Shown here one piece after another: positions 19,888-31,825 of a DNA stretch of 32,000 bases (within the stretch, counting starts at the first letter, position 1; the number at the start of each line of letters is the position of its first letter). This DNA is from Methylorubrum extorquens (lineage in GTDB: Bacteria > Pseudomonadota > Alphaproteobacteria > Rhizobiales > Beijerinckiaceae): contig LT962688.1 of NCBI GenBank assembly GCA_900234795.1, positions 630,001-662,000 on the forward strand, given 5' to 3'. Both the position numbers and the translations under genes were made by a program. The notes beneath the pieces are model-generated. The model ran no database searches. It saw only the letters and a program-made list of their open reading frames with translations, and was not told where the DNA came from.

Positions 19888-19913
19888 GTCATGAGTGACC
19901 AGTCATGAGTGAC
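19888..19913 (+). repeat. Tandem direct repeat (12-nt identical unit, 14-nt period) spanning the response-regulator start codon
   Basis: GTCATGAGTGAC occurs at 19888..19899 and again at 19902..19913, separated by CA. Each copy contains an ATG. Confidence 0.9.
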
Positions 19914-20309
19914 GCACGACCCACAGGCCGCCGGCCCGTCATTCTCGTCGTCGAGGATGAGCCCGACGAGCGCTACCTCGCGGCCGAGCTGCTGGAGGAG
20001 AAGGGCTTCGAGGTCATCGAGGCCGAGACGGCCGAGCGTGCGCTCGACATCCTGCACCAGCGGGGCGACGGGATCGACGTCGTGTTCTCGGACGTGCGCA
20101 CGCCGGGCACGATCGGCGGCTTCGAACTCGCACGGATCATCGGCGTGACGTGGCCGCGCATCCGCCTGCTGCTGACCTCGGGCGACGCGGGCGACCAGCC
20201 AAGCGACCTGCGCGTCACCGCGACCTTCATGCCCAAGCCCTGGCGGGCCCCGGAAATCCTGACCTGGCTCGAAGAGGCCGCGGGGCTCAGGGAGCCGCCG
20301 GAAGGCTGA
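19905..20309 (+). CDS. Single-domain response regulator (CheY-like receiver only)
   Basis: 134 aa. Acidic pocket VVEDE, phospho-acceptor context VVFSDVRTPG, LLLTSG and MPKPW (the conserved T and K). No output domain and no adjacent histidine kinase. Confidence 0.9.
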   Translation: MSDARPTGRRPVILVVEDEPDERYLAAELLEEKGFEVIEAETAERALDILHQRGDGIDVVFSDVRTPGTIGGFELARIIGVTWPRIRLLLTSGDAGDQPSDLRVTATFMPKPWRAPEILTWLEEAAGLREPPEG

Positions 20310-20338
20310 GCCGCGGCCGATTCATCGCGCCATCAGAT

Positions 20339-20370
20339 GCCCCCTCTCCCCGCAGGCGAGGAGAGGGGGC
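20339..20370. terminator. Perfect 11-bp-stem hairpin between the convergent response-regulator and ppiB genes (REP-like or bidirectional terminator)
   Basis: GCCCCCTCTCC (20339..20349) pairs perfectly with GGAGAGGGGGC (20360..20370) across a 10-nt loop. An A-run follows on the plus strand. Confidence 0.5.
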
Positions 20371-20379
20371 AAAACAGCC

Positions 20380-20841
<462 letters not shown>

Positions 20842-20844
20842 GAG

Positions 20845-21291
20845 TTAAATTCCCTGTCCTCTGGGTCCGTCGTAGATGAAGCGCAGCGCCAGGGGGCGCC
20901 CCGCGATGGCTCCGCCGAGAGCCGGGGTGACCCGGACCGGCGTGCAGCGGGCGATCGCGTCGCGCGTCGCCCGAATCAGGATGTCCCGGGCCCTCGTATC
21001 GCCCGGCGTGTTCGCAAACGGCGTCTTGGCGAAGGTGATCTGCGGCATGCCGATCACCGAGCCGTCCCGGCGCAGGGAGAGACGCGCCGTGATCTCCACG
21101 CGCTCGAACCGGCTGAGCCCTTCGGGCGCCTTCCAGCAGGCGGCGAGCGCCGGGTAGAGCGCCTTCAGGGTATCGGCCGGGGCCGCCGCCGTGCCACCGG
21201 CGGGCAGCGGCACATGCTGCGTACCCCGCAAGGTTTGGGGCAGGGTGCGCCAGGGTTCAATGCCGTCGAACGCATCGGCCCCGCCCGCCAT
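20845..21291 (-). CDS. Hypothetical protein with a TolA/TonB-C-terminal-like pattern, wedged between the two cyclophilin genes. The true start is uncertain and may lie as far upstream as 21354.
   Basis: 148-aa ORF with high GC3. The pattern ...ACWKAPEG...VEITARLSLRRDGSVIGMPQI...ATRDAIARCTPVRV...LALRF resembles periplasmic TolA-C-like domains. It stops 3 nt before the ppiB start. An in-frame upstream extension encodes a signal-peptide-like segment (see findings). Confidence 0.6.
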   Translation of the reverse strand: MAGGADAFDGIEPWRTLPQTLRGTQHVPLPAGGTAAAPADTLKALYPALAACWKAPEGLSRFERVEITARLSLRRDGSVIGMPQITFAKTPFANTPGDTRARDILIRATRDAIARCTPVRVTPALGGAIAGRPLALRFIYDGPRGQGI

Positions 21292-21350
21292 GATCGGGGT
21301 GAGGCAGACCGCGAGGATGCAGACCCCGCGGCGCGATGGCCGGCGGGCCG

Positions 21351-21893
<543 letters not shown>

Positions 21894-21935
21894 GCGGTCT
21901 AAAGCTCCGTGGTGGGGATCAGGATCGGGTGGAAA

Positions 21936-22469
21936 TCAGGATTTGGCGAAGCGGGCGGCAAGCCGCGCGGCGACAACCGACGGCACGAAGGGGGAGACGT
22001 CGCCGCCCATGGCCGCGATCTGGCGGACCAGGGTCGCGGTGATCGGGCGCACGCCGGTGGAGGCGGGCAGGAACACGGTCTGGACCTCGGGTGCCATCGC
22101 GCCGTTCATGCCGGCGAGCTGCATCTCGTAATCGAGGTCGGTCCCGTCGCGCAGCCCCCGGATGAACAGGCGTGCCCCGCAGCGCCGGGCGGCCGTGACG
22201 GCGAGGTCGTCGAAGGTGACGACGTCGAGGCTTGCGCCCTCGGCCGCGGCGAGCGGTTCGCAGGTCTCGCGCAGCAGGGCGGCGCGCTCCTCAGCCGTGA
22301 ACAGCGGCGCCTTGCCCGGATGCACGCCGATGGCCAGCACCAGCCGCGGCACGAGGCGGCAGGCCTGTCGCACCACGTCGAGATGGCCGTTGGTGACCGG
22401 ATCGAAGGAACCGGCGTAGAGCGCTGTACGGGTCGTCACGGGAACGGGCCTAGAGCATTTTCCCCGCAA
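21936..22469 (-). CDS. coaD: Phosphopantetheine adenylyltransferase
   Basis: [18 protein letters not shown] (the nucleotidyltransferase T/HxGH motif) and overall CoaD length. The more likely start is the GTG at 22439 ([14 protein letters not shown]). Confidence 0.95.
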   Translation of the reverse strand: MRGKCSRPVPVTTRTALYAGSFDPVTNGHLDVVRQACRLVPRLVLAIGVHPGKAPLFTAEERAALLRETCEPLAAAEGASLDVVTFDDLAVTAARRCGARLFIRGLRDGTDLDYEMQLAGMNGAMAPEVQTVFLPASTGVRPITATLVRQIAAMGGDVSPFVPSVVAARLAARFAKS

Positions 22470-22482
22470 ACGGAACCGCCGC

Positions 22483-22512
22483 CAACAGAAACGGGCGCCC
22501 CGGAGGGCGCCC
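22483..22512 (-). terminator. Rho-independent-type terminator downstream of the porin gene
   Basis: The minus-strand RNA reads GGGCGCCC-UCCG-GGGCGCCC (perfect 8-bp stem, 22493..22512) followed by GUUUCUGUU. A second hairpin CGGCGGA/TCCGCCG lies at 22546..22569. Confidence 0.5.
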
Positions 22513-22582
22513 GCGCGAACGCAACGGGGTCGGGATCGAAGGCCCCGGCGGAAACGGAACGCTCCGCCGCCCCCCCCGGCCC

Positions 22583-23407
22583 TCAGTACGTGCCGAACCC
22601 GAAGTTCAGGCCGACGCGGGCCAGAGCGCCCTCGGTGCGGGATTCGATGTTGTAGCCGACGCCGGGGCCGCCCGTGCTGCGGATCAGCACCGTGCGGCTG
22701 CCGAGGTCGTAGCGCAGGTACTCGGCCTTGACCGTCATCTGCAGGGACCCCGTGAGATCCAGGAAGGAATTGGCCGGGATCGCGTACTCGATGCCGCCGC
22801 CATAAGCGTAGCCGGTCTCGAGCCCGGAACGGGCGCCGGCATAGGTCACCGGCGTCCCCGTCCGGAAGACCGCAGCCAGCGTGGTGGTGCCGTAGGCGAA
22901 GCCGCCGGTGCCATAGACCAGGACGCGGTCGAAGGCGTAGCCGACACGGCCGCGCACGGTGCCGAGGAAGTCGAGGTCGGCGGCGTAGACGTTGCGCAGG
23001 ACGTTCGGGTTGATGGCAGGGCGGAAGATCGTCTCGGTGCGGCTGCGCGCCAGATCGAGGTACTGCGCGTCGGTCTCGAAGCCGAAGACGAAGCCGGTGC
23101 CCGGCGTGAGCTGGAAGTTGTAGCCGGCCTGACCACCGAAGCTGAACCCGTCCTTCGGCAGAGCGACGTTCGCGCGGCGCAGGTCGTTGGTCACGTTGGC
23201 CTGGAGCGCACCGATGCCGGTAGTCCGCAGCGTGTCGCTCTCGGTGTAGGCGTAACCGCCGTTGGGACCGAAATAGGCGCCCGTCCAGGCGAAAACGGGG
23301 ATCGGCGTGAAGACCGGTGCCTCGGCACGGCGCGGCAGGTCGGCGGCCAGCGCAGTCCCAGAAAGAAGGATACCCGCGAAGCCGGAGAGGATCAGGGAAT
23401 TGCGCAA
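22583..23407 (-). CDS. Outer-membrane beta-barrel porin family protein (Omp25/Omp31/RopB-like)
   Basis: 274 aa. Signal peptide [21 protein letters not shown], alternating beta-strand pattern rich in G/Y/T, and a C-terminal ...[12 protein letters not shown] that ends in an aromatic residue. Confidence 0.85.
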   Translation of the reverse strand: MRNSLILSGFAGILLSGTALAADLPRRAEAPVFTPIPVFAWTGAYFGPNGGYAYTESDTLRTTGIGALQANVTNDLRRANVALPKDGFSFGGQAGYNFQLTPGTGFVFGFETDAQYLDLARSRTETIFRPAINPNVLRNVYAADLDFLGTVRGRVGYAFDRVLVYGTGGFAYGTTTLAAVFRTGTPVTYAGARSGLETGYAYGGGIEYAIPANSFLDLTGSLQMTVKAEYLRYDLGSRTVLIRSTGGPGVGYNIESRTEGALARVGLNFGFGTY

Positions 23408-23540
23408 GGCACGAACCGAAGGTGTGAGGAAAGCCGCACTTTCTCTACCGACGGTCGGGCATGGAAACTATGATATAACGGCAACACCAATGTTACAGCA
23501 GCGATATAACGCCATTACTTCGGCTTAATACTGTAATTCC

Positions 23541-23619
23541 AAAAATAATCCTCGATCACAAAACTTTGATCGAGCCTTTGGCCGAGCTGCGGAAGGGGCC
23601 CGTTTCGCCCCTCCGCAGC
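23541..23619 (-). terminator. Two tandem hairpins downstream of gyrA. The second has a U-tract and looks like an intrinsic terminator.
   Basis: Hairpin 1 pairs GCTGCGGAAGGGGC (23586..23599) with GCCCCTCCGCAGC (23607..23619), with one bulge. Hairpin 2 pairs CTCGATCA (23551..23558) with TGATCGAG (23567..23574) and is followed on the minus strand by GATTATTTTT. Confidence 0.55.
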
Positions 23620-23627
23620 CCCTTCGA

Positions 23628-26363
<2,736 letters not shown>

Positions 26364-26460
26364 CGTCGCTCTCTCGGGTTCTCGTTCGGTCGCCCATGGC
26401 GGAACGCCAACGGACGAAGACTAGCAAGGACAGGTCAAAGGGCCGCCAATCCCGACCGCT

Positions 26461-26572
26461 CCCCTCATCCTGAAGTGCCGCGAAGCGGCCTCGAAGGATC
26501 CTCCCGATCCCGCGCGTGTTCTGGAGGATCCTTCGAGGCTTCCGCTTCGCTTCAGCACCTCAGGATGAGGGG
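26461..26572. repeat. REP/MITE-like imperfect palindrome of about 112 bp in the mobA-gyrA intergenic region
   Basis: The left arm CCCCTCATCCTGAAGTGCCGCGAAGCGGCCTCGAAGGATCCTCC pairs with the right arm GGAGGATCCTTCGAGGCTTCCGCTTCGCTTCAGCACCTCAGGATGAGGGG. There is a perfect 17-bp inner stem and a perfect 13-bp outer stem, with indels in the middle. Confidence 0.7.
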
Positions 26573-26687
26573 GGAGAAGTGGGATGAACCGCTGCCTGCC
26601 AAAGGCCGTTGTCTCAGTTACTTAAATATGAATTCCGAGGGGCTTGCACAACATCCGCGAGCCTGTCGGCGGTGCATTGCCGGCTCG

Positions 26688-27332
26688 TCAGGGAACCCGC
26701 GCCAAAAGCGCCTCGGCGGCGGCCAGATCCTCCGGCGCGTTGAGGTTGAGGAAGGGATCGACGGGCTCGACCGGCCAGGACGCCACCGCCGCCCCGTGCC
26801 GCTCGATGAAGCCGCCGACGCGCCGCTCGCCCGAAGCGAGCCAGCCCCGCAAATCCTCCCGCAGGGCCGCCGGCCAGAGCGCGCTGGTGAAGTGGCGCCG
26901 CTCGCCCGAGGCCGCGAGCGCGATCGGCTGGCCCTCCGCCGCCGCGACCGCGACGAGCCGCGCGACGAAGTCCTCCGGCAGGAAGGGCGCGTCGCCCGGC
27001 ACGCTGACGATGTGGGTGAGGCCCGCTTCACCGGCGGCTTCCAGTCCGGCGAGGATGCCGGCGAGCGGCCCCGGATTGTCCGGCACGGTGTCGGGCAGGA
27101 CGGAGCCGGAAAACGCTGCGCAGAAGCGGGCCGGATCGCCGTTGGCGCTGAGCGCGAGCCCGCCGGCGCATTGCGGGCCGAGCCGCTCGGCGACCCGCTC
27201 CAAGAGGGTGCGTCCAGCGAGCTGGCGCAGAGGCTTGTCGCCCCCGCCCATCCGCCGCGACAGGCCGCCGGCCAGGATCAGGCCCAAGACACCTGGCCCG
27301 ATACCCAACCCGGAGACCGGAGCGGGACTCAC
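26688..27332 (-). CDS. mobA: Molybdenum cofactor guanylyltransferase
   Basis: This is the C-terminal part of the artefactual 605-aa ORF. It carries GLILAGGLSRRMGGGDKPL and VPGDAPFLP motifs. The proposed GTG start at 27332 overlaps the apbC TGA stop (GTGA). TTG codons slightly downstream are alternative starts. Confidence 0.85.
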   Translation of the reverse strand: MSPAPVSGLGIGPGVLGLILAGGLSRRMGGGDKPLRQLAGRTLLERVAERLGPQCAGGLALSANGDPARFCAAFSGSVLPDTVPDNPGPLAGILAGLEAAGEAGLTHIVSVPGDAPFLPEDFVARLVAVAAAEGQPIALAASGERRHFTSALWPAALREDLRGWLASGERRVGGFIERHGAAVASWPVEPVDPFLNLNAPEDLAAAEALLARVP

Positions 27333-28456
27333 TCGATGACGATCTTCGGCGCCGCACGGCCGGCCGGCGCGCCGCTGAGGTTGGCCCAGAGTTTCCCGGC
27401 GATCTCGCGGTAGATCTTGGCCTGCGGCCCGTCCGGATCGGTGGCGACCACGGGGCGGCCGGCATCCGAGGTCTCGCGGATCGCCATAGTGAGCGGGATC
27501 TCGCCGAGGAAGGGCACCTGCAGGCGCTCGGCCTCGTGACGGGCGCCGCCATGGCCGAAGATCGCCGAGGCCGCCCCGCAATTCGGGCAGATGAAGGTCG
27601 CCATGTTCTCGATCACGCCGAGGATCGGCACCGAGACCTTGCGGAACATCGTCACGCCGCGGCGCGCATCGATCAGCGCCAGATCCTGCGGCGTCGAGAC
27701 GATGACGGCGCCCGACAGGGGCGTGGCCTGGGCCATGGTGAGCTGCGCGTCGCCCGTGCCGGGGGGCATGTCCACGATGAGCACGTCGAGTTCGCCCCAG
27801 GCCACGTCGCGCAGCATCTGGGTGATGGCCGACTGCACCATCGGCCCGCGCCAGATCATCGCCGATTCCGGCTCGATCAGCAGGCCGATCGACATGGCCT
27901 TCAGGCCATAGGCCTGGAGCGGCTCCAGGGTCTTGCCCTCGATCACCCGCGGCTTGCCGGACAGCCCCAGAAGCTTCGGCACCGACGGACCGTAGATGTC
28001 GGCATCGAGCAGGCCGACGCGCAAACCCTGCGCGCTTAAGGCCAGGGCGAGGTTGCAGGCGGTGGTCGACTTGCCGACGCCGCCCTTGCCGGAGGCCACC
28101 GCCACGATGTGGCGCACGCCCGGCAGCGCGTTGCCCTGGCGCGGCGGGGCGCCGGGACCGCCGGCCGGTTGACGCGGGGCCGCGCCCGGAGCCGGCGGGT
28201 TGGGGGCCCGCTCCGAGGTCAGGCTCGCGAGTACGCTCGACACGCCGGACAGGGCCAGGACGCGGCCCTCCGCCTCGCGCCGCACCGGCTCGAACCGCTC
28301 GGCCTCGCTCGGATCGATCCGGATCGAGAACATCACCCGGTTGCCGGGGTCGATCACCACCTGCGAGAGGCGGCCGGAATCGGGCAGGGTGGTGCCGCCG
28401 CGATCGACCGTGACAGTCGAGAGCGCCTTCAGCACGTCGTCGCGCGTGATCGCCAA
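27329..28456 (-). CDS. apbC: Fe-S cluster carrier ATPase, Mrp/ApbC/NBP35 family
   Basis: 375 aa. An N-terminal DUF59-like domain and a Pro/Ala-rich linker precede the deviant Walker A VASGKGGVGKST and the CPNCG motif. The start is TTG, preceded by GGAG 9 nt upstream. Confidence 0.95.
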   Translation of the reverse strand: MAITRDDVLKALSTVTVDRGGTTLPDSGRLSQVVIDPGNRVMFSIRIDPSEAERFEPVRREAEGRVLALSGVSSVLASLTSERAPNPPAPGAAPRQPAGGPGAPPRQGNALPGVRHIVAVASGKGGVGKSTTACNLALALSAQGLRVGLLDADIYGPSVPKLLGLSGKPRVIEGKTLEPLQAYGLKAMSIGLLIEPESAMIWRGPMVQSAITQMLRDVAWGELDVLIVDMPPGTGDAQLTMAQATPLSGAVIVSTPQDLALIDARRGVTMFRKVSVPILGVIENMATFICPNCGAASAIFGHGGARHEAERLQVPFLGEIPLTMAIRETSDAGRPVVATDPDGPQAKIYREIAGKLWANLSGAPAGRAAPKIVIE

Positions 28457-28547
28457 AACTTAAGCTCCATCGGGCGCCGGGGCGGGCCATCCCGCTCCCG
28501 ACCATCTAACCACCCTTGCGCCAAACGCCAGCCTTCAAGCCGTGTTC

Positions 28548-28829
28548 TCAGCGCTGCCGTCCCGGCGGAATGGCGATCAGGTTGCATTCTTCCATCGGCC
28601 CGCGCACGACCGAGCCGTCGCCGCGCCGATAGACGCCGCGGCGCAGGTGCCGGCAGCCGACGGGGCCGCGCAGCCGCTTCACCCGCTCGATATGGACGCT
28701 GCGAGAGCGCCGGTTCGAGAAGTCGTGGCCGCCGATGCGCACGCCGGGGCCGAAGCGCACCTCCGCGGTGGCCGGCAAAGCGGTGGCGGCGAGCAGCAGG
28801 GCCAGCAGCGCACCCCTCATCCCCTTCAC
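28548..28829 (-). CDS. Small secreted Arg-rich hypothetical protein
   Basis: High-GC3 ORF with the signal-peptide-like sequence MRGALLALLLAATALPATA/EV. The likely start is the ATG at 28820, preceded by GAGAGTGAAGGGG. The mature part is about 70 aa, very basic, with 2 Cys. Confidence 0.5.
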   Translation of the reverse strand: MKGMRGALLALLLAATALPATAEVRFGPGVRIGGHDFSNRRSRSVHIERVKRLRGPVGCRHLRRGVYRRGDGSVVRGPMEECNLIAIPPGRQR

Positions 28830-28855
28830 TCTCCGGCAAAGCTTCGACCGACCCC

Positions 28856-28880
28856 TGAACCAAGATCGACCTCGCTCGTT
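28856..28880 (+). promoter_or_regulatory. Candidate EcfG-type (general stress response sigma factor) promoter
   Basis: TGAAC-N16-CGTT has one mismatch to the alphaproteobacterial EcfG consensus GGAAC-N16/17-CGTT. It ends 90 nt upstream of the start of the PNPOx-like stress protein gene. Confidence 0.35.
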
Positions 28881-28969
28881 GTCGAGGCAATCGCCGGGCA
28901 GCGGACCATCGACAAGGGTCTTCAGCCTGCCCGGCTCACGCCATTGATGACAGACGGAGTACGGATCTC

Positions 28970-29473
28970 ATGCACCAGGGCAACCATCGCGACCACGAGG
29001 GCGCGAAGAAGCTCTTCGAGCTGGTCAAGGACGTCAAGGTCGCAATGCTGACCACCGCCGACCAGGACGGGACGCTCAACAGCCGCCCGATGTGGAACAA
29101 CGAGATCGACGAGAACGGCGACGTTTGGTTCTTCACCAAGCTGCACAGCCCGAAGACCGCCGAGATCGGCCGCGACAATCAGGTGAACCTCTCCTACTCC
29201 GACCCGTCGAGCCAGACCTACGTCTCGATCGCCGGCAAGGCCGAGGTGATCCGCGACCAGAAGCTGATCGACGAGAAGTGGCAGGAGAGCCTCAAGACTT
29301 GGTTCCCCAACGGCAAGAACGACCCCGAGGTCGGCCTGATCCGCATCCATCCCGAGCAGGGCGAGTACTGGGACAGCCCGTCCTCCACGATGGTCCACCT
29401 CTACGGCTACGTGAAGGCCTCGCTCACCGGTGAGAGCCCGAAGACCGAGACCAAGAAGGTCAACCTCGCCTGA
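28970..29473 (+). CDS. Pyridoxamine 5'-phosphate oxidase-like FMN-binding family protein (general stress protein 26-like)
   Basis: 167 aa. ...VAMLTTADQDGTLNSRPMW...VWFFTKLHSPKTAEIGRDNQVNLSY...YVSIAGKAEVIRDQKLIDEKW...IRIHPEQGEYWDSP is typical of the Pyrid_ox_like / GSP26 family. Codon bias is very strong, almost all C/G-ending. Confidence 0.85.
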   Translation: MHQGNHRDHEGAKKLFELVKDVKVAMLTTADQDGTLNSRPMWNNEIDENGDVWFFTKLHSPKTAEIGRDNQVNLSYSDPSSQTYVSIAGKAEVIRDQKLIDEKWQESLKTWFPNGKNDPEVGLIRIHPEQGEYWDSPSSTMVHLYGYVKASLTGESPKTETKKVNLA

Positions 29474-29514
29474 TCTTTTTGGGAGCGGGCCTCACGCCCT
29501 TACCCATCACGTAC

Positions 29515-29547
29515 GGCGCCCCTGCCTCCGGTGGGGGTGCCTTTTTT
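29515..29547 (+). terminator. Rho-independent terminator of the PNPOx-like gene
   Basis: GGCGCCCC (29515..29522) pairs with GGGGTGCC (29534..29541) in an 8-bp stem with one G-U pair and an 11-nt loop, followed by TTTTTT (29542..29547). Confidence 0.7.
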
Positions 29548-29632
29548 GTCATGACGCCCCGCGCCCGCCGGCGTTGATCGCCGGGGCGTTCCGCCCCAAG
29601 CTCGGGCGACACTCCCCGAACACGGACGGCCC

Positions 29633-30931
29633 ATGATCGACCTCGCGAAGCGGGTCTACGACCACAACTTCCGCATCGACCCGATCGTGCGCTCGCTGCT
29701 CGATACGGATTTCTACAAGCTCCTGATGGCGCAGATGATCTTCCGCCGTCACCGCGACCTGCGCGTCAGCTTCGGAATCCAGAACCGCACCCGGAGCGTG
29801 CGGGTCGCCGACGAGATCGACCTCGGGGAATTGCGGGCGCAGCTCGACCACGCCCGCACGATCCGCCTGAGCCGGGGCGAATCGACCTGGCTTCGCGGCA
29901 ACACTTTCTACGGCAAGCGTCAGATCCTCTCCTCCGAGTTCATGGCCTGGCTCGAAGCGTTTCGCCTGCCGGACTACGAGCTGGAGGTGCGCGACGGACA
30001 GGTGGCACTGACCTTCCATGGCCCCTGGGTCGAGACCACGATGTGGGAGGTGCCGGCTCTCGCGATCCTCAACGAGATGCGCTCCCGCGCGGTACTGCGG
30101 GGTCTCGGCAAGTTCGAGCTGCAGGTGCTCTACGCCCGCGCCATGACCCGCGTCTGGGAGAAGATCGAGCGCCTGAAGCGCCTGCCCGACCTCTCCATCG
30201 CCGATTTCGGCACGCGCCGCCGCCACGGCTTCCTGTGGCAGGACTGGTGCGTACAGGCGATGAACGAGGGCCTGGGCGAACGCGCCTTCCTCGGCACCTC
30301 GAACTGCCTCATCGCCATGCGCCGCGAGGTCGAGGCAGTGGGCACCAACGCCCACGAACTGCCGATGGTCTACGCCGCGCTCGCCGGAGACGACGATGAG
30401 GCGCTGGCAGCCGCGCCCTACGCGGTGCTCGCCGATTGGCAGCAAGACTATGCCGGCAACCTGCTGGTGGCCTTGCCCGACACCTACGGCACCACCGGCT
30501 TCCTCGCCAAGGCGCCGGACTGGCTCACCGCCTGGACCGGCATCCGGATCGATTCGAAGGAGCCGATCGCGGGCGGCGAGGAGGCGCTCGCCTTCTGGGA
30601 GTCGCGAGGCTGCGACCCGCGCGAAAAGCTGGCGATCTTCTCCGACGGACTCGACGTTGACGACATCGAGGCGATCCACGCCCATTTCCACGGCCGCATG
30701 CGCATCGGCTACGGCTGGGGCACGCGGCTGACCAACGATTTTCGCGGCCTCGTGCCGGAGGGGCGGCTCGATCCGATCTCGGTCGTCTGCAAGGTGACGG
30801 AGGCCGAGGGCCGCCCGACGGTGAAGATCTCCGACAATCCGAGCAAGGCACAGGGGCCGGCGGCGGAGGTGGAGCGCTACAAGCGGGTGTTCGGGGTCGA
30901 GGAGCAGGCCGCGATGGCGGTGGCGGTGTGA
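29633..30931 (+). CDS. pncB: Nicotinate phosphoribosyltransferase
   Basis: 432 aa. The N-terminal ...[17 protein letters not shown]... and ...DFGTRRRHG... are typical of PncB. Confidence 0.96.
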   Translation: MIDLAKRVYDHNFRIDPIVRSLLDTDFYKLLMAQMIFRRHRDLRVSFGIQNRTRSVRVADEIDLGELRAQLDHARTIRLSRGESTWLRGNTFYGKRQILSSEFMAWLEAFRLPDYELEVRDGQVALTFHGPWVETTMWEVPALAILNEMRSRAVLRGLGKFELQVLYARAMTRVWEKIERLKRLPDLSIADFGTRRRHGFLWQDWCVQAMNEGLGERAFLGTSNCLIAMRREVEAVGTNAHELPMVYAALAGDDDEALAAAPYAVLADWQQDYAGNLLVALPDTYGTTGFLAKAPDWLTAWTGIRIDSKEPIAGGEEALAFWESRGCDPREKLAIFSDGLDVDDIEAIHAHFHGRMRIGYGWGTRLTNDFRGLVPEGRLDPISVVCKVTEAEGRPTVKISDNPSKAQGPAAEVERYKRVFGVEEQAAMAVAV

Positions 30932-30941
30932 GAGCAGAAGC

Positions 30942-31724
30942 ATGAGCGCCGCCCGAATCGATCTCAACGCCGATCTCGGCGAGGGTTTTGGGCCCTGGCG
31001 CATGGGCGACGACGCCGCGCTCCTCGACATCGTCACCTCGGCCAACGTCGCCTGCGGCTTCCATGCGGGCGACCCCGACATCATGGTCGAGACGGTGATT
31101 GCGGCGAGGGCGCGGGGCGTGGCGATCGGCGCCCATCCCGGCTTCCACGATCTGCGCGGCTTCGGCCGAAACCGGATCCAGGAGAGTCCCACAAAAATCG
31201 AGCGCGACATCGCCTATCAGATCGGTGCGCTCCAGGCCTGCGCCGCCCTGGCCGGCGCCCGCGTCACCCACGTCAAGGCGCACGGGGCGCTCGCCAACCT
31301 CTCGAACGAGGATGCGGCGATTGCCGAAGCGCTGGCCCGTGCCGTGGCCGGTGTCGATCCCGATCTCGCCCTGGTCGTGATGCCGGGGCTTCCCGCCGAG
31401 CGGGCCGGCGAGCGCTTCGGCCTGCGCCTCGTGCGGGAAATCTACGCCGACCGCGCCTATGCCGAGGACGGCACGCTCGCCCCCCGCGCCTCGCCCGGTG
31501 CGGTGATCCACGATGCGGGCGAGGCCGCCGCGCGCGTCGCTCGCATGGTCGGGGAGGGCGCCGTGTTCACGCTCGGCGGGCGGCGCGTTCCGGTCGCGAT
31601 CGACACGGTCTGCGTCCACGGCGACAACCCGGAGGCGCTCGCCATGGCACGGGCGGTACGGGCCGAGCTTGAGCGGGCGGGCTTTAGCCTGCGCCCCTTC
31701 GCCGAACCCTCTGCGACGTCCTGA
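30942..31724 (+). CDS. pxpA: 5-oxoprolinase subunit A (LamB/YcsF family)
   Basis: 260 aa. IDLNADLGEGFGPW..D..LL..VTSANVACGFHAGDP is the family N-terminal signature. It starts 10 nt after the pncB stop. Confidence 0.95.
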   Translation: MSAARIDLNADLGEGFGPWRMGDDAALLDIVTSANVACGFHAGDPDIMVETVIAARARGVAIGAHPGFHDLRGFGRNRIQESPTKIERDIAYQIGALQACAALAGARVTHVKAHGALANLSNEDAAIAEALARAVAGVDPDLALVVMPGLPAERAGERFGLRLVREIYADRAYAEDGTLAPRASPGAVIHDAGEAAARVARMVGEGAVFTLGGRRVPVAIDTVCVHGDNPEALAMARAVRAELERAGFSLRPFAEPSATS

Positions 31725-31801
31725 GGGACGAATCCGTTACGGCGACGTTTCAGGGATCGAATTCAGCCCGCTCACGGTTTCTTGAGCTCAGGTGCCTCCG
31801 G

Positions 31802-31825
31802 GCGCTGGCCCGTGCGCTGGCCCGT
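31802..31825. repeat. Perfect 12-bp tandem duplication in apparently non-coding DNA
   Basis: GCGCTGGCCCGT occurs at 31802..31813 and again at 31814..31825. Confidence 0.9.

Noticed and set aside
26688-28505. A 605-aa minus-strand ORF spanning both mobA and apbC
   Set aside because: Only its C-terminal third (26688..27332) reads as MobA. The upstream two-thirds is an out-of-frame shadow of apbC (27329..28456), which has clear Mrp/ApbC motifs in its own frame.
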